Assembly (NCBI GenBank): GCA_963833735.1
Contig: CAWHYR010000003.1
Span: forward strand, 61,304 to 125,303
Direction: 5' to 3'
Source of the DNA: an uncultured Actinomycetes bacterium
GTDB taxonomy: Bacteria; Actinomycetota; Acidimicrobiia; Acidimicrobiales; RAAP-2
DNA: 64,000 nucleotides
This document shows, piece by piece, positions 11,801-22,160 of this stretch. The translations under genes and the position numbers were made by a program. The notes under the pieces were generated by a model. That model was given only the letters and a program-made list of their open reading frames with translations, was not told the DNA's origin and searched no databases. Numbering within the stretch: the first letter of the stretch is position 1; every line of letters begins with the position of its first letter.

Positions 11801-11833
11801 TCGAAGCCGGTCCGGCGCCTGGAGCGCACGCTG

Positions 11834-12373
11834 ATGTCCCGGATCGGTCGCGCCCCCATCCCGGTCCCCTCCGGCGTGTCCGTCACGCTGTTGGATGACG
11901 CGGTGACCGTCACCGGTCCGCAGGGATCGCTGGCCCGTACGCTGCCGCGCCCGATCTCGGTCGCGCAGGAGGGCGACGTCCTGGTCGTCACCCGCCCCAA
12001 CGACGAGCGCCAGAACCGGGCGTTGCACGGTCTGACCCGTTCGCTGGTCGCCAACATGGTGACCGGCGTGACCCAGGGGTACGCGAAGGAGCTCGAGATC
12101 GTGGGCGTCGGCTACCGGGCCATCGCCAAGGGGCCCGACTCGCTCGAGCTCTCCCTTGGCTTCTCCCACCCCGTGCTCGTCGATGCCCCCGACGGCATCA
12201 CTTTCGAGGTCCCGACGGCCACCCGGATCATCGTGCGCGGGATCGACAAGGAGCGCGTCGGGCAGGTGGCGGCCAACATCCGCAAGATTCGCAAGCCCGA
12301 GCCCTACAAGGGCAAGGGTGTCCGCTACGCAGGCGAGCGGGTCGTCCGCAAGGCCGGAAAGGCAGCCAAGTGA
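11834..12373 (+). CDS. rplF: 50S ribosomal protein L6
   Basis: ORF 11834..12373. [15 protein letters not shown]. Confidence 0.93.
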   Translation: MSRIGRAPIPVPSGVSVTLLDDAVTVTGPQGSLARTLPRPISVAQEGDVLVVTRPNDERQNRALHGLTRSLVANMVTGVTQGYAKELEIVGVGYRAIAKGPDSLELSLGFSHPVLVDAPDGITFEVPTATRIIVRGIDKERVGQVAANIRKIRKPEPYKGKGVRYAGERVVRKAGKAAK

Positions 12374-12741
12374 GCGGCAACAGCCTGCGCACCCTGCGCA
12401 TCCGACGGCACTCCCGGGTCCGGGCCAAGGTCTCGGGCACCCCGGCGCGCCCTCGTCTGGCCGTCAGCCGATCCAATCGGCACATCTCGGCCCAGCTCAT
12501 CGACGACGTTGGTGGCCGCACGGTGGCTGCGGCCTCCAGTGTCGAACCCGAGCTCCGCTCTCGCCTGGGTGAGGGCGGCGGGGCCAACATCGCCGGTGCC
12601 GAGGCCGTGGGGCGCCTGGTCGCTTCGCGGGCCAAGGACGCCGGCATCACTCGAGCGGTCTTCGATCGGGGCGGCTTCGCCTACCACGGCCGCGTGGCCG
12701 CACTCGCCGACGGCGCTCGCGCCGAGGGACTGGAGTTCTGA
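12370..12741 (+). CDS. rplR: 50S ribosomal protein L18
   Basis: ORF 12370..12741. [20 protein letters not shown]. Confidence 0.9.
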   Translation: MSGNSLRTLRIRRHSRVRAKVSGTPARPRLAVSRSNRHISAQLIDDVGGRTVAAASSVEPELRSRLGEGGGANIAGAEAVGRLVASRAKDAGITRAVFDRGGFAYHGRVAALADGARAEGLEF

Positions 12742-13295
12742 TGGCCGACCTGCAGTATGAAGAGCGCACCATCCGGGTGAACCGGGTGGCCAAGGTCGTG
12801 AAGGGTGGCCGACGCTTCTCCTTCGCCGCCCTCATGGTGGTGGGCGACGGCAATGGCCGCGTCGGCCTCGGGTACGGCAAGGCCAAGGAAGCCGGCCTGG
12901 CCGTGCAGAAGGGCATCGAAGAGGCTCGCAAGAACGTCTTCGAGGTGCCGCTGGCCGGTACCACCATCACCCACCCGATCGTCGGCGAGAGCGGCGCCGG
13001 TCGCGTGATGCTCAAGCCGGCGGCACCGGGCACCGGGGTCATCGCCGGCGGCGCGGCACGCGCCATTCTCGAGCTGGCGGGCATTCGCGACATCCTGGCC
13101 AAGTCACTGGGCTCCTCCAACGGCATCAACGTGGCCCACGCCACGATCGCCGGGCTGAAGATGCTCAAGCGGCCGGACGAGGTGGCGGCTCTTCGGGGCA
13201 AGACGGCTGAAGAAGTGGCTCCGGCGGGGATGCTCCGCGCCTATCGCGAGCGTCGCCGGGAGACCGAGCTCTACGCCCAAGAGGGCCGACCGTGA
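12741..13295 (+). CDS. rpsE: 30S ribosomal protein S5
   Basis: ORF 12741..13295. [34 protein letters not shown]. Confidence 0.93.
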   Translation: MADLQYEERTIRVNRVAKVVKGGRRFSFAALMVVGDGNGRVGLGYGKAKEAGLAVQKGIEEARKNVFEVPLAGTTITHPIVGESGAGRVMLKPAAPGTGVIAGGAARAILELAGIRDILAKSLGSSNGINVAHATIAGLKMLKRPDEVAALRGKTAEEVAPAGMLRAYRERRRETELYAQEGRP

Positions 13296-13519
13296 CGGCG
13301 GCGCGTGGCGGTGGGGCCGCCAAGGAGATCGCGGGTGCCACGCTGCGGGTGACCCAGGTGCGCTCGGCCATCGGCACCAAGCCCAAGCACCGCGCCACGC
13401 TGCGCGCCCTCGGGCTGCGCGGGATCGGCAAAGTCAACGATCTGCCCGACCGCCCGGAGATCCGGGGCATGGTGGCGCGCGTGGTCCACCTGATCACCGT
13501 GGAGGAGATCTCGGCATGA
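13292..13519 (+). CDS. rpmD: 50S ribosomal protein L30
   Basis: ORF 13292..13519. The GTG start overlaps the rpsE stop. [25 protein letters not shown]. Confidence 0.85.
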   Translation: MTAARGGGAAKEIAGATLRVTQVRSAIGTKPKHRATLRALGLRGIGKVNDLPDRPEIRGMVARVVHLITVEEISA

Positions 13520-14004
13520 GACTGCACGACCTCGCCCCGGACGCCGGGGCCAAGCAGCCGCGCCGGCGTGTCGGGCGCGGCACGGGCGGCCGACGGGGCA
13601 AGACCGCCGGTCGAGGGATGAAGGGCCAGCACGCCCGCACCCAGGTGCACCCCGGGTTCGAGGGCGGCCAGCTCCCCCTCATGCAGCGGATCCCCAAGCT
13701 GCGTGGTTTCAAGAACCCGTTCCGCGTGGCCTACACGCCGGTCAACCTGGATGCGCTGAGCGCGCTCGAGACCTCGACGGTCTCCATCGAGGCGATGGTC
13801 GAGGCGGGGCTCATCCGCAAGGGTGCCCTGGTCAAGGTGCTGGGCCGCGGCGAGGTCAGCCGGGCGCTCTCGGTCTCGGCGCACGCCTTCTCGGCGACGG
13901 CCGAATCCGCGATCACCGGCGCAGGCGGTAGCGTCGAGCGGGTTCCGCTGCCGTTCGGCCACGGGAGGCCGCCGGCCAGCGGGAACGCCCTCATGAACCG
14001 CTAG
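13516..14004 (+). CDS. rplO: 50S ribosomal protein L15
   Basis: ORF 13516..14004. GRGTGGRRGKTAGRGMKGQ. Confidence 0.9.
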   Translation: MRLHDLAPDAGAKQPRRRVGRGTGGRRGKTAGRGMKGQHARTQVHPGFEGGQLPLMQRIPKLRGFKNPFRVAYTPVNLDALSALETSTVSIEAMVEAGLIRKGALVKVLGRGEVSRALSVSAHAFSATAESAITGAGGSVERVPLPFGHGRPPASGNALMNR

Positions 14005-14040
14005 CGTCGGTTCTTCGGTGCACGCACAAGAGGATCGGCG

Positions 14041-15328
14041 ATGATCTCGAGGCTAGGAAACATCTTCCGTGTTCCGGACCTCCGGAACAAGGTGCTGTTC
14101 ACCCTCCTCATCATCGCGTTGTACCAGCTGGGGGCCAACGTCCCCGTTCCCGGCGTGAGCTACGCCAAGATCCAGCAGCTGCAGCACACGGCCAGCGCGT
14201 CGGGGATCCTGGGCTTCCTCAACCTGTTCTCCGGCGGCGCCCTGGTGCGCCTGGCCATCTTCGGCCTGGGCGTCATGCCCTACATCACGAGCTCGATCAT
14301 CATCCAGCTGCTCACCACGGTGATCCCGAAGCTGGAGGAGTGGCGCGAGCAGGGTGCGGTCGGGCAGAAGAAGATCACCCAGACGACGCGCTACCTCACG
14401 GTGTCCCTGGCCCTGATGCAGTCGACCGGGCTCATCTACGCCTTCCACGGCCACGACTCGGGCCTGCTCGGCACGAACATCGACCTCATCCCGAAATTCA
14501 CGATCGCCCTGGCCGGCTTCATGGTGCTCTGCCTCACGGCCGGGACGGCGTTCGTCATGTGGCTGGCCGAGCTCATCACCCAGCGCGGCATCGGCCAGGG
14601 GATGTCGATCCTCATCTTCGCCAATGTGGTGGCCTCCATCCCGACCGGGGGGAAGGCGATCCTGGCCGAGGGTGGTGACCTCAAGTTCGGGACCATGATC
14701 GCCGTATCGATCCTGCTCCTCGTCGTGATCGTGTTCATGGACCAGGGGCAGCGGCGAATCCCCGTCACCTTCGCCAAACGGGTCGTCGGTCGCCGCATGT
14801 ACGGCGGCTCGAGTTCCTACATCCCGCTCAAGGTGAACCAGTCGGGCGTGATCCCGATCATCTTCGCCTCGTCGGTCCTCTACATCCCGGTGCTGTTCTC
14901 GAGCGCCATCCCCTGGCACAGCTTCCAGGACTTCGTGCGGACCAACATCACACCGACCTCGCTCATCTACATCGGGATGTATTTCGTCCTGATCCTGTTG
15001 TTCACCTTCTTCTACGTCTACGTCGCCTTCGACCCGCACCAGCAGGCTGACATCATCCGCAAGCAGGGCGGATTCATCCCGGGCTTCCGGCCCGGGACCG
15101 CCGACCGAGCGGTACTTCGCGCACATCCTCTCCAGGATCACGGTGGTCGGCGCCCTGTTCCTGGCGACGGTGGCCGTGGTGCCGTCGATCCTGATGTCGT
15201 TGTGGCATCTGACCGGGTTCCCCTTCTACGGGACGACCCTCCTCATCTCCGTGGGGGTGGCCTTGGAGACGATGCGCCAGATCGACAGCCAGCTGATGAT
15301 GCGGAACTACGAAGGCTTCCTCAAGTAG
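14041..15328 (+). CDS. secY: preprotein translocase SecY, split by one frame disruption as assembled
   Basis: The N-terminal part lies in ORF 14041..15516, up to IIRKQGGFIPGFRPG. The C-terminal part (VGALFLATVAVVPSILMS...MRNYEGFLK) lies in ORF 15143..15328, in the next frame. The junction at about 15092-15098 behaves as one extra nt. 1288-1 = 429 codons. Confidence 0.9.
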
Positions 15329-15334
15329 GAGTCG

Positions 15335-16015
15335 GTGGTACCCGGGGTCAGGCTCGTGGTCCTCGGCAAACAGGGGGCCGGCAAAGGAACGCAGTGCGTA
15401 CGGCTCTCCCATCACTACGTGGTGCCCCACGTATCGACGGGAGACATGCTGCGCGCCGCCGTGAAGTTGCGCACCCCCCTCGGCGTCCGAGCGAAGGAGG
15501 TGATGGACCGCGGTGAGCTGCTCTCAGACGAGATGGTGATGGAGATGGTGACCGAGCGCCTCTCAGAGGGTGACACCCGCGCCCGCGGCTTCGTCCTCGA
15601 CGGCTGCCCCCGCACCATCGGCCAGGCCGAGTCCCTGGCCGACGTGCTCCACCCGGACCGGCTCGACCTGGTGGTCAACCTGGACGTGCCGACACCCCAG
15701 GTGCTCCGCCGGCTGGTGGCGCGCCGGGTCTGCGTCGACTGCGGCACCAACTACTCGGTGTCCTCGCCGCCCACCGTGAACTGGACCTGCGACGTCTGCG
15801 GCGGGGAGGTCGTCCAGCGCGAGGACGACACCGAGGAGGCCATCCGCCGCCGCCTCGAGCTCTACGAGGGCGAGACGGAGCCCCTGCTCGACTTCTACCG
15901 GGTGCGCAGCCAAATGGTCACCGTGAACGGCAGCGGGTCGGCGGCCAACGTCACCCGCCGGATCGTCCGCGCCATCGACCAACGCCACCAGGCGCTGCGG
16001 GGGGAGGGGCCGTGA
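15335..16015 (+). CDS. adk: adenylate kinase (Zn-lid type)
   Basis: ORF 15335..16015. GKQGAGKGTQC P-loop. The lid carries CVDCG...CDVCGG. Confidence 0.93.
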   Translation: MVPGVRLVVLGKQGAGKGTQCVRLSHHYVVPHVSTGDMLRAAVKLRTPLGVRAKEVMDRGELLSDEMVMEMVTERLSEGDTRARGFVLDGCPRTIGQAESLADVLHPDRLDLVVNLDVPTPQVLRRLVARRVCVDCGTNYSVSSPPTVNWTCDVCGGEVVQREDDTEEAIRRRLELYEGETEPLLDFYRVRSQMVTVNGSGSAANVTRRIVRAIDQRHQALRGEGP

Positions 16016-16755
16016 GGCGCAACGAGGGCGAGCTGGCCAAGATGCGCAAGGCGGGCGCGGTGGTGGCCGAGATGCACGCGGCGACCCGGGCGGCGGCGGT
16101 CCCCGGGACCACCACGCTCGAGATCGATGCGGTCGCCCGGGAGGTGCTGGCCCGGCGGGGTGCCACCTCCAACTTCCTCGGCTACCACGGGTTCCCGGCC
16201 GTGATCTGCACCTCGCCCAACCAGATGATCGTGCACGGGATCCCCGGCGGCTACGTGCTGGAGGAGGGCGACATCCTCTCGATCGACTGTGGGGCCATCG
16301 TCGAGGGCTACCACGGCGACGCCGCCTTCACCATGGGGGTGGGTGAGGTCAGCCCCGAGGCGGCCCGGCTCATCGAGGTCACCGAGGCGAGCCTCTGGGC
16401 CGGGATCGAGCAGATGACGGTCGGGAACCGGCTCCACGAGATCGGCCGGGCGGTCCAGGCGGTGGCCGAACGGGCTGGATTCACCGTCGTGCGGGAGTAC
16501 GTGGGGCACGCCATCGGGACCGCCATGCACGAGGAGCCCCAGGTCCCGAACTACTGGCCAGGCGCCCCGGGACCGACCCTCAAGTCCGGGATGGTCTTCG
16601 CCGTCGAGCCCATGGTGAACGCCGGCGGGCCCGAGACCAGGGTCTTAGACGACCATTGGAGCGTGGTCACGGCCGACGGGGCCCTCTCGGCCCACTTCGA
16701 GCACACGATCGCTATCCTCGATGACGGACCGGAGGTCTTCACCGCCCCCCGCTGA
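16012..16755 (+). CDS. map: type I methionine aminopeptidase
   Basis: ORF 16012..16755. FLGYHGFPAVICTSPNQMIVHGIP and HFEHTI are present. Confidence 0.93.
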   Translation: MRRNEGELAKMRKAGAVVAEMHAATRAAAVPGTTTLEIDAVAREVLARRGATSNFLGYHGFPAVICTSPNQMIVHGIPGGYVLEEGDILSIDCGAIVEGYHGDAAFTMGVGEVSPEAARLIEVTEASLWAGIEQMTVGNRLHEIGRAVQAVAERAGFTVVREYVGHAIGTAMHEEPQVPNYWPGAPGPTLKSGMVFAVEPMVNAGGPETRVLDDHWSVVTADGALSAHFEHTIAILDDGPEVFTAPR

Positions 16756-16949
16756 TCCAGCCCAGGTGGGGTGGCAATTTCTGCTGGTTACGGTAAACTC
16801 TTCGTTCGGCCCGCCGCCCTGGTTCTGAGTCCGGCGGTGGAGCGCCCAGCGACAAGCTTTCCGTTCCGGGGCCGCGCCGTGGCCGGGCTCGAAACCCGGT
16901 CCACAGATTTAGGAGAACTGACCTGCCAAAGCCCAAGGAAGACGCCATC

Positions 16950-17147
16950 GTGCTGGAAGGCACGGTGACAGAGCCACTGCCCAATGCGATGTTCCGGGTC
17001 GAGCTTGAGAACGGCCACAAGGTGTTGGCGCATAGCTCGGGCAAGATGCGGATGCACCGCATCCGCATCCTTCCGGGGGACAAGGTGCAAGTGGAGATCA
17101 CGCCCTACGACCTCAACCGCGGGCGTATCACCTACCGGTACAAGTGA
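16950..17147 (+). CDS. infA: translation initiation factor IF-1 (minimal GTG-start model; a likely longer form starts at CTG 16923)
   Basis: ORF 16950..17147. [27 protein letters not shown]. The in-frame upstream codons PKPKEDAI match IF-1 N termini. AGGAGA lies at 16911-16916. Confidence 0.9.
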   Translation: MLEGTVTEPLPNAMFRVELENGHKVLAHSSGKMRMHRIRILPGDKVQVEITPYDLNRGRITYRYK

Positions 17148-17163
17148 AAAGAGCGATCCAGTC

Positions 17164-17277
17164 GTGAAGGTTCGGCCGAGCGTGAAGCCGATGTGCGAGA
17201 AGTGCAAGATCATCCGGCGCCACGGCCGGGTTGTTGTCATCTGCGACAACCCCCGCCACAAGCAGCGTCAGGGCTAG
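17164..17277 (+). CDS. rpmJ: 50S ribosomal protein L36
   Basis: GTG at 17164, in frame with ORF 16984..17277. [37 protein letters not shown]. Confidence 0.9.
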   Translation: MKVRPSVKPMCEKCKIIRRHGRVVVICDNPRHKQRQG

Positions 17278-17287
17278 GGAGGAAAGC

Positions 17288-17665
17288 GTGGCCCGTATCT
17301 CCGGTGTGGACATCCCCCGGGAGAAGCGACTCGAAATTTCGCTCACCTACATCTTCGGCATCGGCCAGACGAAGTCCCAGCTGATCTGTGCCGAGACAGC
17401 GGTCGACCCGAACACCCGGGTCCGCGATCTGACCGACGAGGAGATCATCCGCCTGCGCAACTACATCGACGCCAATCTGCGCGTCGAGGGTGACCTGCGC
17501 CGGGACGTCTCCCAGGACATCAAGCGCAAGATGGAGATCAACTGCTACCAGGGGGTGCGTCACCGCCGCGGCCTCCCGGTGCACGGCCAGCGCACCCACA
17601 CGAACGCCCGGACCCGCAAGGGCCCCAAGAAGACCGTCGCCGGGAAGAAGAAGGTTCGCAAGTAG
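17288..17665 (+). CDS. rpsM: 30S ribosomal protein S13
   Basis: GTG at 17288, in frame with ORF 17231..17665. [25 protein letters not shown]. Confidence 0.93.
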   Translation: MARISGVDIPREKRLEISLTYIFGIGQTKSQLICAETAVDPNTRVRDLTDEEIIRLRNYIDANLRVEGDLRRDVSQDIKRKMEINCYQGVRHRRGLPVHGQRTHTNARTRKGPKKTVAGKKKVRK

Positions 17666-18073
17666 ATGCCCCCCAAGACCACCAAGCAGGCCGGAGCGCG
17701 CCGCCCGCGCAAGCGCGAGCGCAAGAACATCGCCTACGGCGTCGCGCACATCAAGAGCTCCTTCAACAACACCGTGGTCGCCATCGCCGACCCCGAGGGC
17801 AACGTGTTGGCCTGGGCCTCGGCCGGCAATGTCGGCTTCAAGGGCTCCAGGAAGTCGACGCCCTTCGCCGCCCAGCTGGCCGCCGAGGCCTGCGCCCGGC
17901 GGGCCATGGAGCACGGGGTGCGCAAGGTGGACGTCTTGGTGCGCGGACCGGGGTCGGGTCGCGAGACCGCCATCCGGTCGCTCGCCGCCGCCGGCATCGA
18001 GGTCGTCGGCATCAAGGACGTGACGCCCATTCCCCACAACGGTTGCCGCCCCAAGAAGCGGCGCCGGGTCTAA
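17666..18073 (+). CDS. rpsK: 30S ribosomal protein S11
   Basis: ORF 17666..18073. [22 protein letters not shown]. Confidence 0.95.
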   Translation: MPPKTTKQAGARRPRKRERKNIAYGVAHIKSSFNNTVVAIADPEGNVLAWASAGNVGFKGSRKSTPFAAQLAAEACARRAMEHGVRKVDVLVRGPGSGRETAIRSLAAAGIEVVGIKDVTPIPHNGCRPKKRRRV

Positions 18074-18083
18074 GGGGAATCTG

Positions 18084-18731
18084 ATGGCTCGATACATCGG
18101 CCCCGTGTGCCGGCAGTGCCGGCGCGAGCGGACCAAGCTCTTCTTGAAGGGCGAGCGCTGCTACTCGCTCAAGTGCCCCGTCTCCGAAGCGGTGACGGAT
18201 CGGCACAGCCGCGCCTACCCGCCCGGTGAGCACGGCCGCGACCGCATGCGCCAGGGATCCGAATACCTCTCCCAGCTGCGCGAGAAGCAGAAGGCCCGCC
18301 GCATCTACGGCGTCTTGGAGAAGCAGTTCCGCAACCTCTACGAGGAGGCGAACCGCCAGCCCGGCATCACCGGCGAGAACCTGCTGCGGATGCTCGAGAT
18401 GCGCCTCGACAACGTGGTCTTCCGGGCCGGCTGGGGAGCCAGCCGCCGCCAGGCCCGCCAGTTCGTGCGCCACGGCCACGTGCTGATCAACGGGAAGCGC
18501 GTGTCGATCCCGAGCTACCGGGTCCGCCAGGGCGAGACCGTCACACTGAAGGAATCGTCGCGCCAGATGTTCGTCGTCCGCCGCAACATGGACACACTCG
18601 ACCGGCAGCGGCCGCCCTGGTTGCAGAGCGGTGATGCCGGGTTCGCGGTCGAGGTGCTGAACCCGCCCCTGCGCGAGCACATCGACGAGCCCGTCCAAGA
18701 ACAGCTCATCGTCGAGCTGTACTCGAAGTAG
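18084..18731 (+). CDS. rpsD: 30S ribosomal protein S4
   Basis: ORF 18084..18731. MARYIGPVCRQCRRERTKLFLKGERC. Confidence 0.95.
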   Translation: MARYIGPVCRQCRRERTKLFLKGERCYSLKCPVSEAVTDRHSRAYPPGEHGRDRMRQGSEYLSQLREKQKARRIYGVLEKQFRNLYEEANRQPGITGENLLRMLEMRLDNVVFRAGWGASRRQARQFVRHGHVLINGKRVSIPSYRVRQGETVTLKESSRQMFVVRRNMDTLDRQRPPWLQSGDAGFAVEVLNPPLREHIDEPVQEQLIVELYSK

Positions 18732-18798
18732 CCCGAAGGCCGGGCCGGCCCAGCCCGGCTCGGACCAGACCAGATTCACCGACTGAGGAGCCCCACCG

Positions 18799-19738
18799 AT
18801 GCTCATCATCCAGCGACCCACCGTCGAGGCCATCGACGAGGAGCACGACAACCGCCAGCGGTTCGCCGTGGGTCCGCTCGACCCCGGCTTCGGCCACACG
18901 CTCGGGAACTCGCTGCGCCGGACGCTCTTGTCCTCGATCCCCGGCGCCGCCGTGACCCAGGTCCGCTTCGACGAGGCCCTGCACGAGTTCACGACGCTGA
19001 CCGGCGTGAAGGAAGACGTCACCGACATCATCTTGAACTTCAAGGACCTCCTCGTGAGCGTGGAGTCCGATGAACCGGTGACGCTGCGCTTCGACAAGCG
19101 GGGCCCCGGCGACGCCACCGCCGCCGATCTCCAGGCGACGGCCGATGTCGAGATCTTGAACCCCGAACTGCACATCGCCACGCTCAACGCCAAGGGCCGG
19201 CTGGCCCTCGACGTGACGGTCGAGCGGGGCCGCGGGTATGTGTCGGCCGACCGCAACAAGAAGTCGTCGACCATCGGGGTCATCCCCGTCGACTCCATCT
19301 TCTCGCCGGTCCGCCGGGTGACCTTCGAGGTCGAGCCGGTCCGGGTGGAGCAGTCGACCGACTTCGACCGCCTGGTGCTCGACATCGAGACCGACGGCTC
19401 GCTCAGCCCCCGCGAGGCGCTGGCCTCGGCCGGCGACACCCTGCGGACCCTGGTCGGCCTGGTGGCCGACCTCGAGGAGGCACCCCGGGGCCTCGAGCTG
19501 GGCGAGACCGGCACCGCCACGAGCGGCTCGCCCGATCTCGACCTGCGCATCGAGGAGCTCGACCTCTCCGAGCGGCCCCGCAACTGCCTGAAGCGGGCCC
19601 AGATCAACACGATCGGCGAGCTCGTGGACAAGACCCTCGACGACCTGCTCGGGATCACCAACTTCGGGCAGAAGTCCGCTCGACGAGGTCATCCAGCGGC
19701 TCGACGAGCGCGGCCTGTCGCTGCGCACCAAGGACTGA
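18799..19738 (+). CDS. rpoA: DNA-directed RNA polymerase alpha subunit, C-terminal tail out of frame as assembled
   Basis: ORF 18799..20148 is RpoA-like up to ...[11 protein letters not shown]. The expected tail [19 protein letters not shown]-stop is read in the next frame, ending at TGA 19736-19738. The junction is at about 19676-19679. Confidence 0.9.
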
Positions 19739-19747
19739 GAGACCGGC

Positions 19748-20101
19748 ATGCAAGGCACACCGAAGCGGGGCCGCCGGCTGGGCGGCGATGCCGCCCACCA
19801 AAAGGCGATGCTCGGGAACCTGGTGGCGTCGCTCATCGCCGCCGAGTCCCTTGTCACGACCGAGTCCCGGGCCAAGGCCATGCGGCCGGTGGCGGAGAAG
19901 TGCATCACGGCCGCCCGCCGGGGCGGACTGCACCAGCAGCGTCAGGTGATGGCGTTCCTGCGGGACCGGGACATGACGACCAAGCTCTTCACCGACATCG
20001 CCCCCCGCTACGCCAGCCGCCCGGGTGGGTACATCCGCATCTTGAAGCTCGGCCCGCGTCCGGGGGACAACGCGCCCATGGCGCGCGTCGAGCTCGTCTG
20101 A
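19748..20101 (+). CDS. rplQ: 50S ribosomal protein L17
   Basis: ORF 19748..20101. [21 protein letters not shown]. Confidence 0.93.
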   Translation: MQGTPKRGRRLGGDAAHQKAMLGNLVASLIAAESLVTTESRAKAMRPVAEKCITAARRGGLHQQRQVMAFLRDRDMTTKLFTDIAPRYASRPGGYIRILKLGPRPGDNAPMARVELV

Positions 20102-20150
20102 GAATCGCCGCCCCGCCCGCGTCAGCGCCGGGCGCATCCACGGCCTGAGC

Positions 20151-21161
20151 ATGCCCGCTCGGCCCACCCGCACCGCCAAGGTCGATCCGGCGCCTCGACG
20201 CGTCCCGGCCACGGCTGCCGGGTCCCGGGCGGTCCCAGTCAAGGCCCCCGCAGCGAAGGCGCCGGTCAAGGCCCCCACCGCGAAGGCCCCGGGCAAGGCG
20301 GCCCCGGGAGCCAACCCCACCCAGCGCTGGCGCCTGCTGGTCGCCTATGACGGCCGTGGGTTCCGGGGGTTCGCCGCGCAGCCCGGCGCGGCCACCGTCG
20401 CCGGCGCCCTGAGCGAGGCGCTGACCCGCGTCACGCGGGCGCCCGAGCCCCTCGCGATCACCTGCGCCGGCCGCACCGACGCCGGGGTGCACGCCGCCGG
20501 GCAGGTCGTGCACGTGGACCTGCCCGCGGTGCTGCCCACCATCCGGCGCGGGGGCACCAGCCGGGCCATGGTCGGCGACGATCTCGTGACGGCCGTCAAC
20601 CGCCAGCTGGCCCCGGCGGTCGTGATCCGGGCCGCCGAGCCGGCCCCTGACGGCTTCGATGCCCGGCGGTCGGCGATCGCCCGGCGCTACCGGTATCTCG
20701 TGTGGAACGCCCCGGCGGCGGACCCGCTGCTCGCCGGCACGGCCTGGCATGTGGCCGCCCCCCTCGACCTGCGGGCCATGGCGGCCGCCACGGACTCCGT
20801 GGTCGGGGAGCACGACTTCGGGGCCTTCTGCCGGCGGCCACCGGGGACCGTGGCGGGCACCCCGATCGTGCGCCGCGTCACCTCGGCCGCCTGGACGGTG
20901 CTGCCGAAGGAGGAGGAACCCGATCCGTGGTCGGCGGCCGCAACGACCGCTCCGGGCCGACTGCTCCGCTTCGAGATCGAGGCCGGGTCGTTCTGCCACC
21001 AGATGGTCCGGTCCATCGTCGCCTTGCTGGTCCAGGTGGGGCTCGGCGAGGGCAATGTGGCCTCGACCGTGGCCCGCCTGCGCTCGGCCGATCGGGCCGG
21101 GACACCCCGCCCCGCACCCCCCGAGGGCCTCTGCCTCGTCGCCGTCCTCTACGGTTCCTGA
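20151..21161 (+). CDS. truA: tRNA pseudouridine(38-40) synthase TruA with about 58-aa AKAP-rich N-terminal extension (start uncertain)
   Basis: ORF 20151..21161. The core starts at RWRLLVAYDGRGFRGFAAQPG (about 20325). The catalytic GRTDAGVHA motif is present. Confidence 0.88.
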   Translation: MPARPTRTAKVDPAPRRVPATAAGSRAVPVKAPAAKAPVKAPTAKAPGKAAPGANPTQRWRLLVAYDGRGFRGFAAQPGAATVAGALSEALTRVTRAPEPLAITCAGRTDAGVHAAGQVVHVDLPAVLPTIRRGGTSRAMVGDDLVTAVNRQLAPAVVIRAAEPAPDGFDARRSAIARRYRYLVWNAPAADPLLAGTAWHVAAPLDLRAMAAATDSVVGEHDFGAFCRRPPGTVAGTPIVRRVTSAAWTVLPKEEEPDPWSAAATTAPGRLLRFEIEAGSFCHQMVRSIVALLVQVGLGEGNVASTVARLRSADRAGTPRPAPPEGLCLVAVLYGS

Positions 21162-21199
21162 CTAGCTGGGTTGCCGCCGCTGCTCTGGGGCCGTATCCT

Positions 21200-21243
21200 G
21201 GCAGGTCGGCCCGCGTCCACCGTGGGCTCTCCGGCAACCTGCC
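21200..21243 (+). promoter_or_regulatory. candidate structured leader hairpin upstream of rplM-rpsI
   Basis: GGCAGGT (21200-21206) pairs with ACCTGCC (21237-21243) and encloses a second GC-rich helix. It lies in the 138-nt truA-rplM spacer. Confidence 0.2.
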
Positions 21244-21299
21244 ACGGGCCTTCGACGCCCGCTGCGCGGGGGCCCGGACCGTGATGAAGGAACCTGTCT

Positions 21300-21752
21300 G
21301 TGCGCACCTACATGCCGAAGGCGAAAGATCTGGACCCGGCCTGGCACGTCGTCGACGCCGAGGGCCTGGTGCTCGGTCGCCTGGCGACCGAGGTCGCCCG
21401 GATCCTGCGGGGCAAGCACCAGCCGTTCTTCGCCCCGCACGCCGACACCGGCGACCACGTGGTGGTGGTCAATGCCGAGAAGATCGTCATGACCGCCAAC
21501 AAGGCCGAGGCCAAGCAGGCCTACCGCCACTCCGGCTACCCCGGCGGCCTGAAGAAGCGCAGCTACGCCTCGCTGCTCGAGGAGCGCCCGACCGAGGTCG
21601 TCCGCCGGGCCGTGCGGGGGATGCTCCCGAAGAACACCCTCGGGCGCCAGCAGCTCGCCAAGCTCAAGGTCTACGCCGGCCCCGACCATCCCCACGAAGC
21701 CCAGCAACCGAGCGTGCTCGAGATCCCCGGCGCCCGCCGGACTCCCCGCTGA
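21300..21752 (+). CDS. rplM: 50S ribosomal protein L13
   Basis: ORF 21300..21752 with GTG start. [21 protein letters not shown]. Confidence 0.93.
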   Translation: MRTYMPKAKDLDPAWHVVDAEGLVLGRLATEVARILRGKHQPFFAPHADTGDHVVVVNAEKIVMTANKAEAKQAYRHSGYPGGLKKRSYASLLEERPTEVVRRAVRGMLPKNTLGRQQLAKLKVYAGPDHPHEAQQPSVLEIPGARRTPR

Positions 21753-21762
21753 GAGGAACCCG

Positions 21763-22155
21763 ATGCCCGTCCCGCTCACCCAGACCACCGGTCGCCGCAA
21801 GCAGGCCGTGGCGCGCGTCCGGTTCCGGCCGGGCGACGGCAAGATCACGATCAACAAGCGGGCCTTCGAGGAGTACTTCACCTCGGCCACCCACCGGATG
21901 GTCGTCACCGACCCGCTGCGCCTCACCAACACCGCCGAGGCCTACGACATCGACGCCACGATCGACGGCGGCGGGGTGTCGGGCCAGGCCAACGCGCTGC
22001 GCCTCGGCATCGCCCGCAGCCTGATCGGGGTCGACCCCGAGTTGCGTGCCGCGCTCAAGCGAGCGGGCTTCCTCACGCGCAACGCCCGGGAGAAGGAATC
22101 CAAGAAGTACGGCCTGAAGAAGGCCCGCAAGGCCCCGCAGTACTCGAAGCGGTAG
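21763..22155 (+). CDS. rpsI: 30S ribosomal protein S9
   Basis: ORF 21763..22155. [15 protein letters not shown] and the C-terminal [12 protein letters not shown]. Confidence 0.93.
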   Translation: MPVPLTQTTGRRKQAVARVRFRPGDGKITINKRAFEEYFTSATHRMVVTDPLRLTNTAEAYDIDATIDGGGVSGQANALRLGIARSLIGVDPELRAALKRAGFLTRNAREKESKKYGLKKARKAPQYSKR

Positions 22156-22160
22156 CTCGG

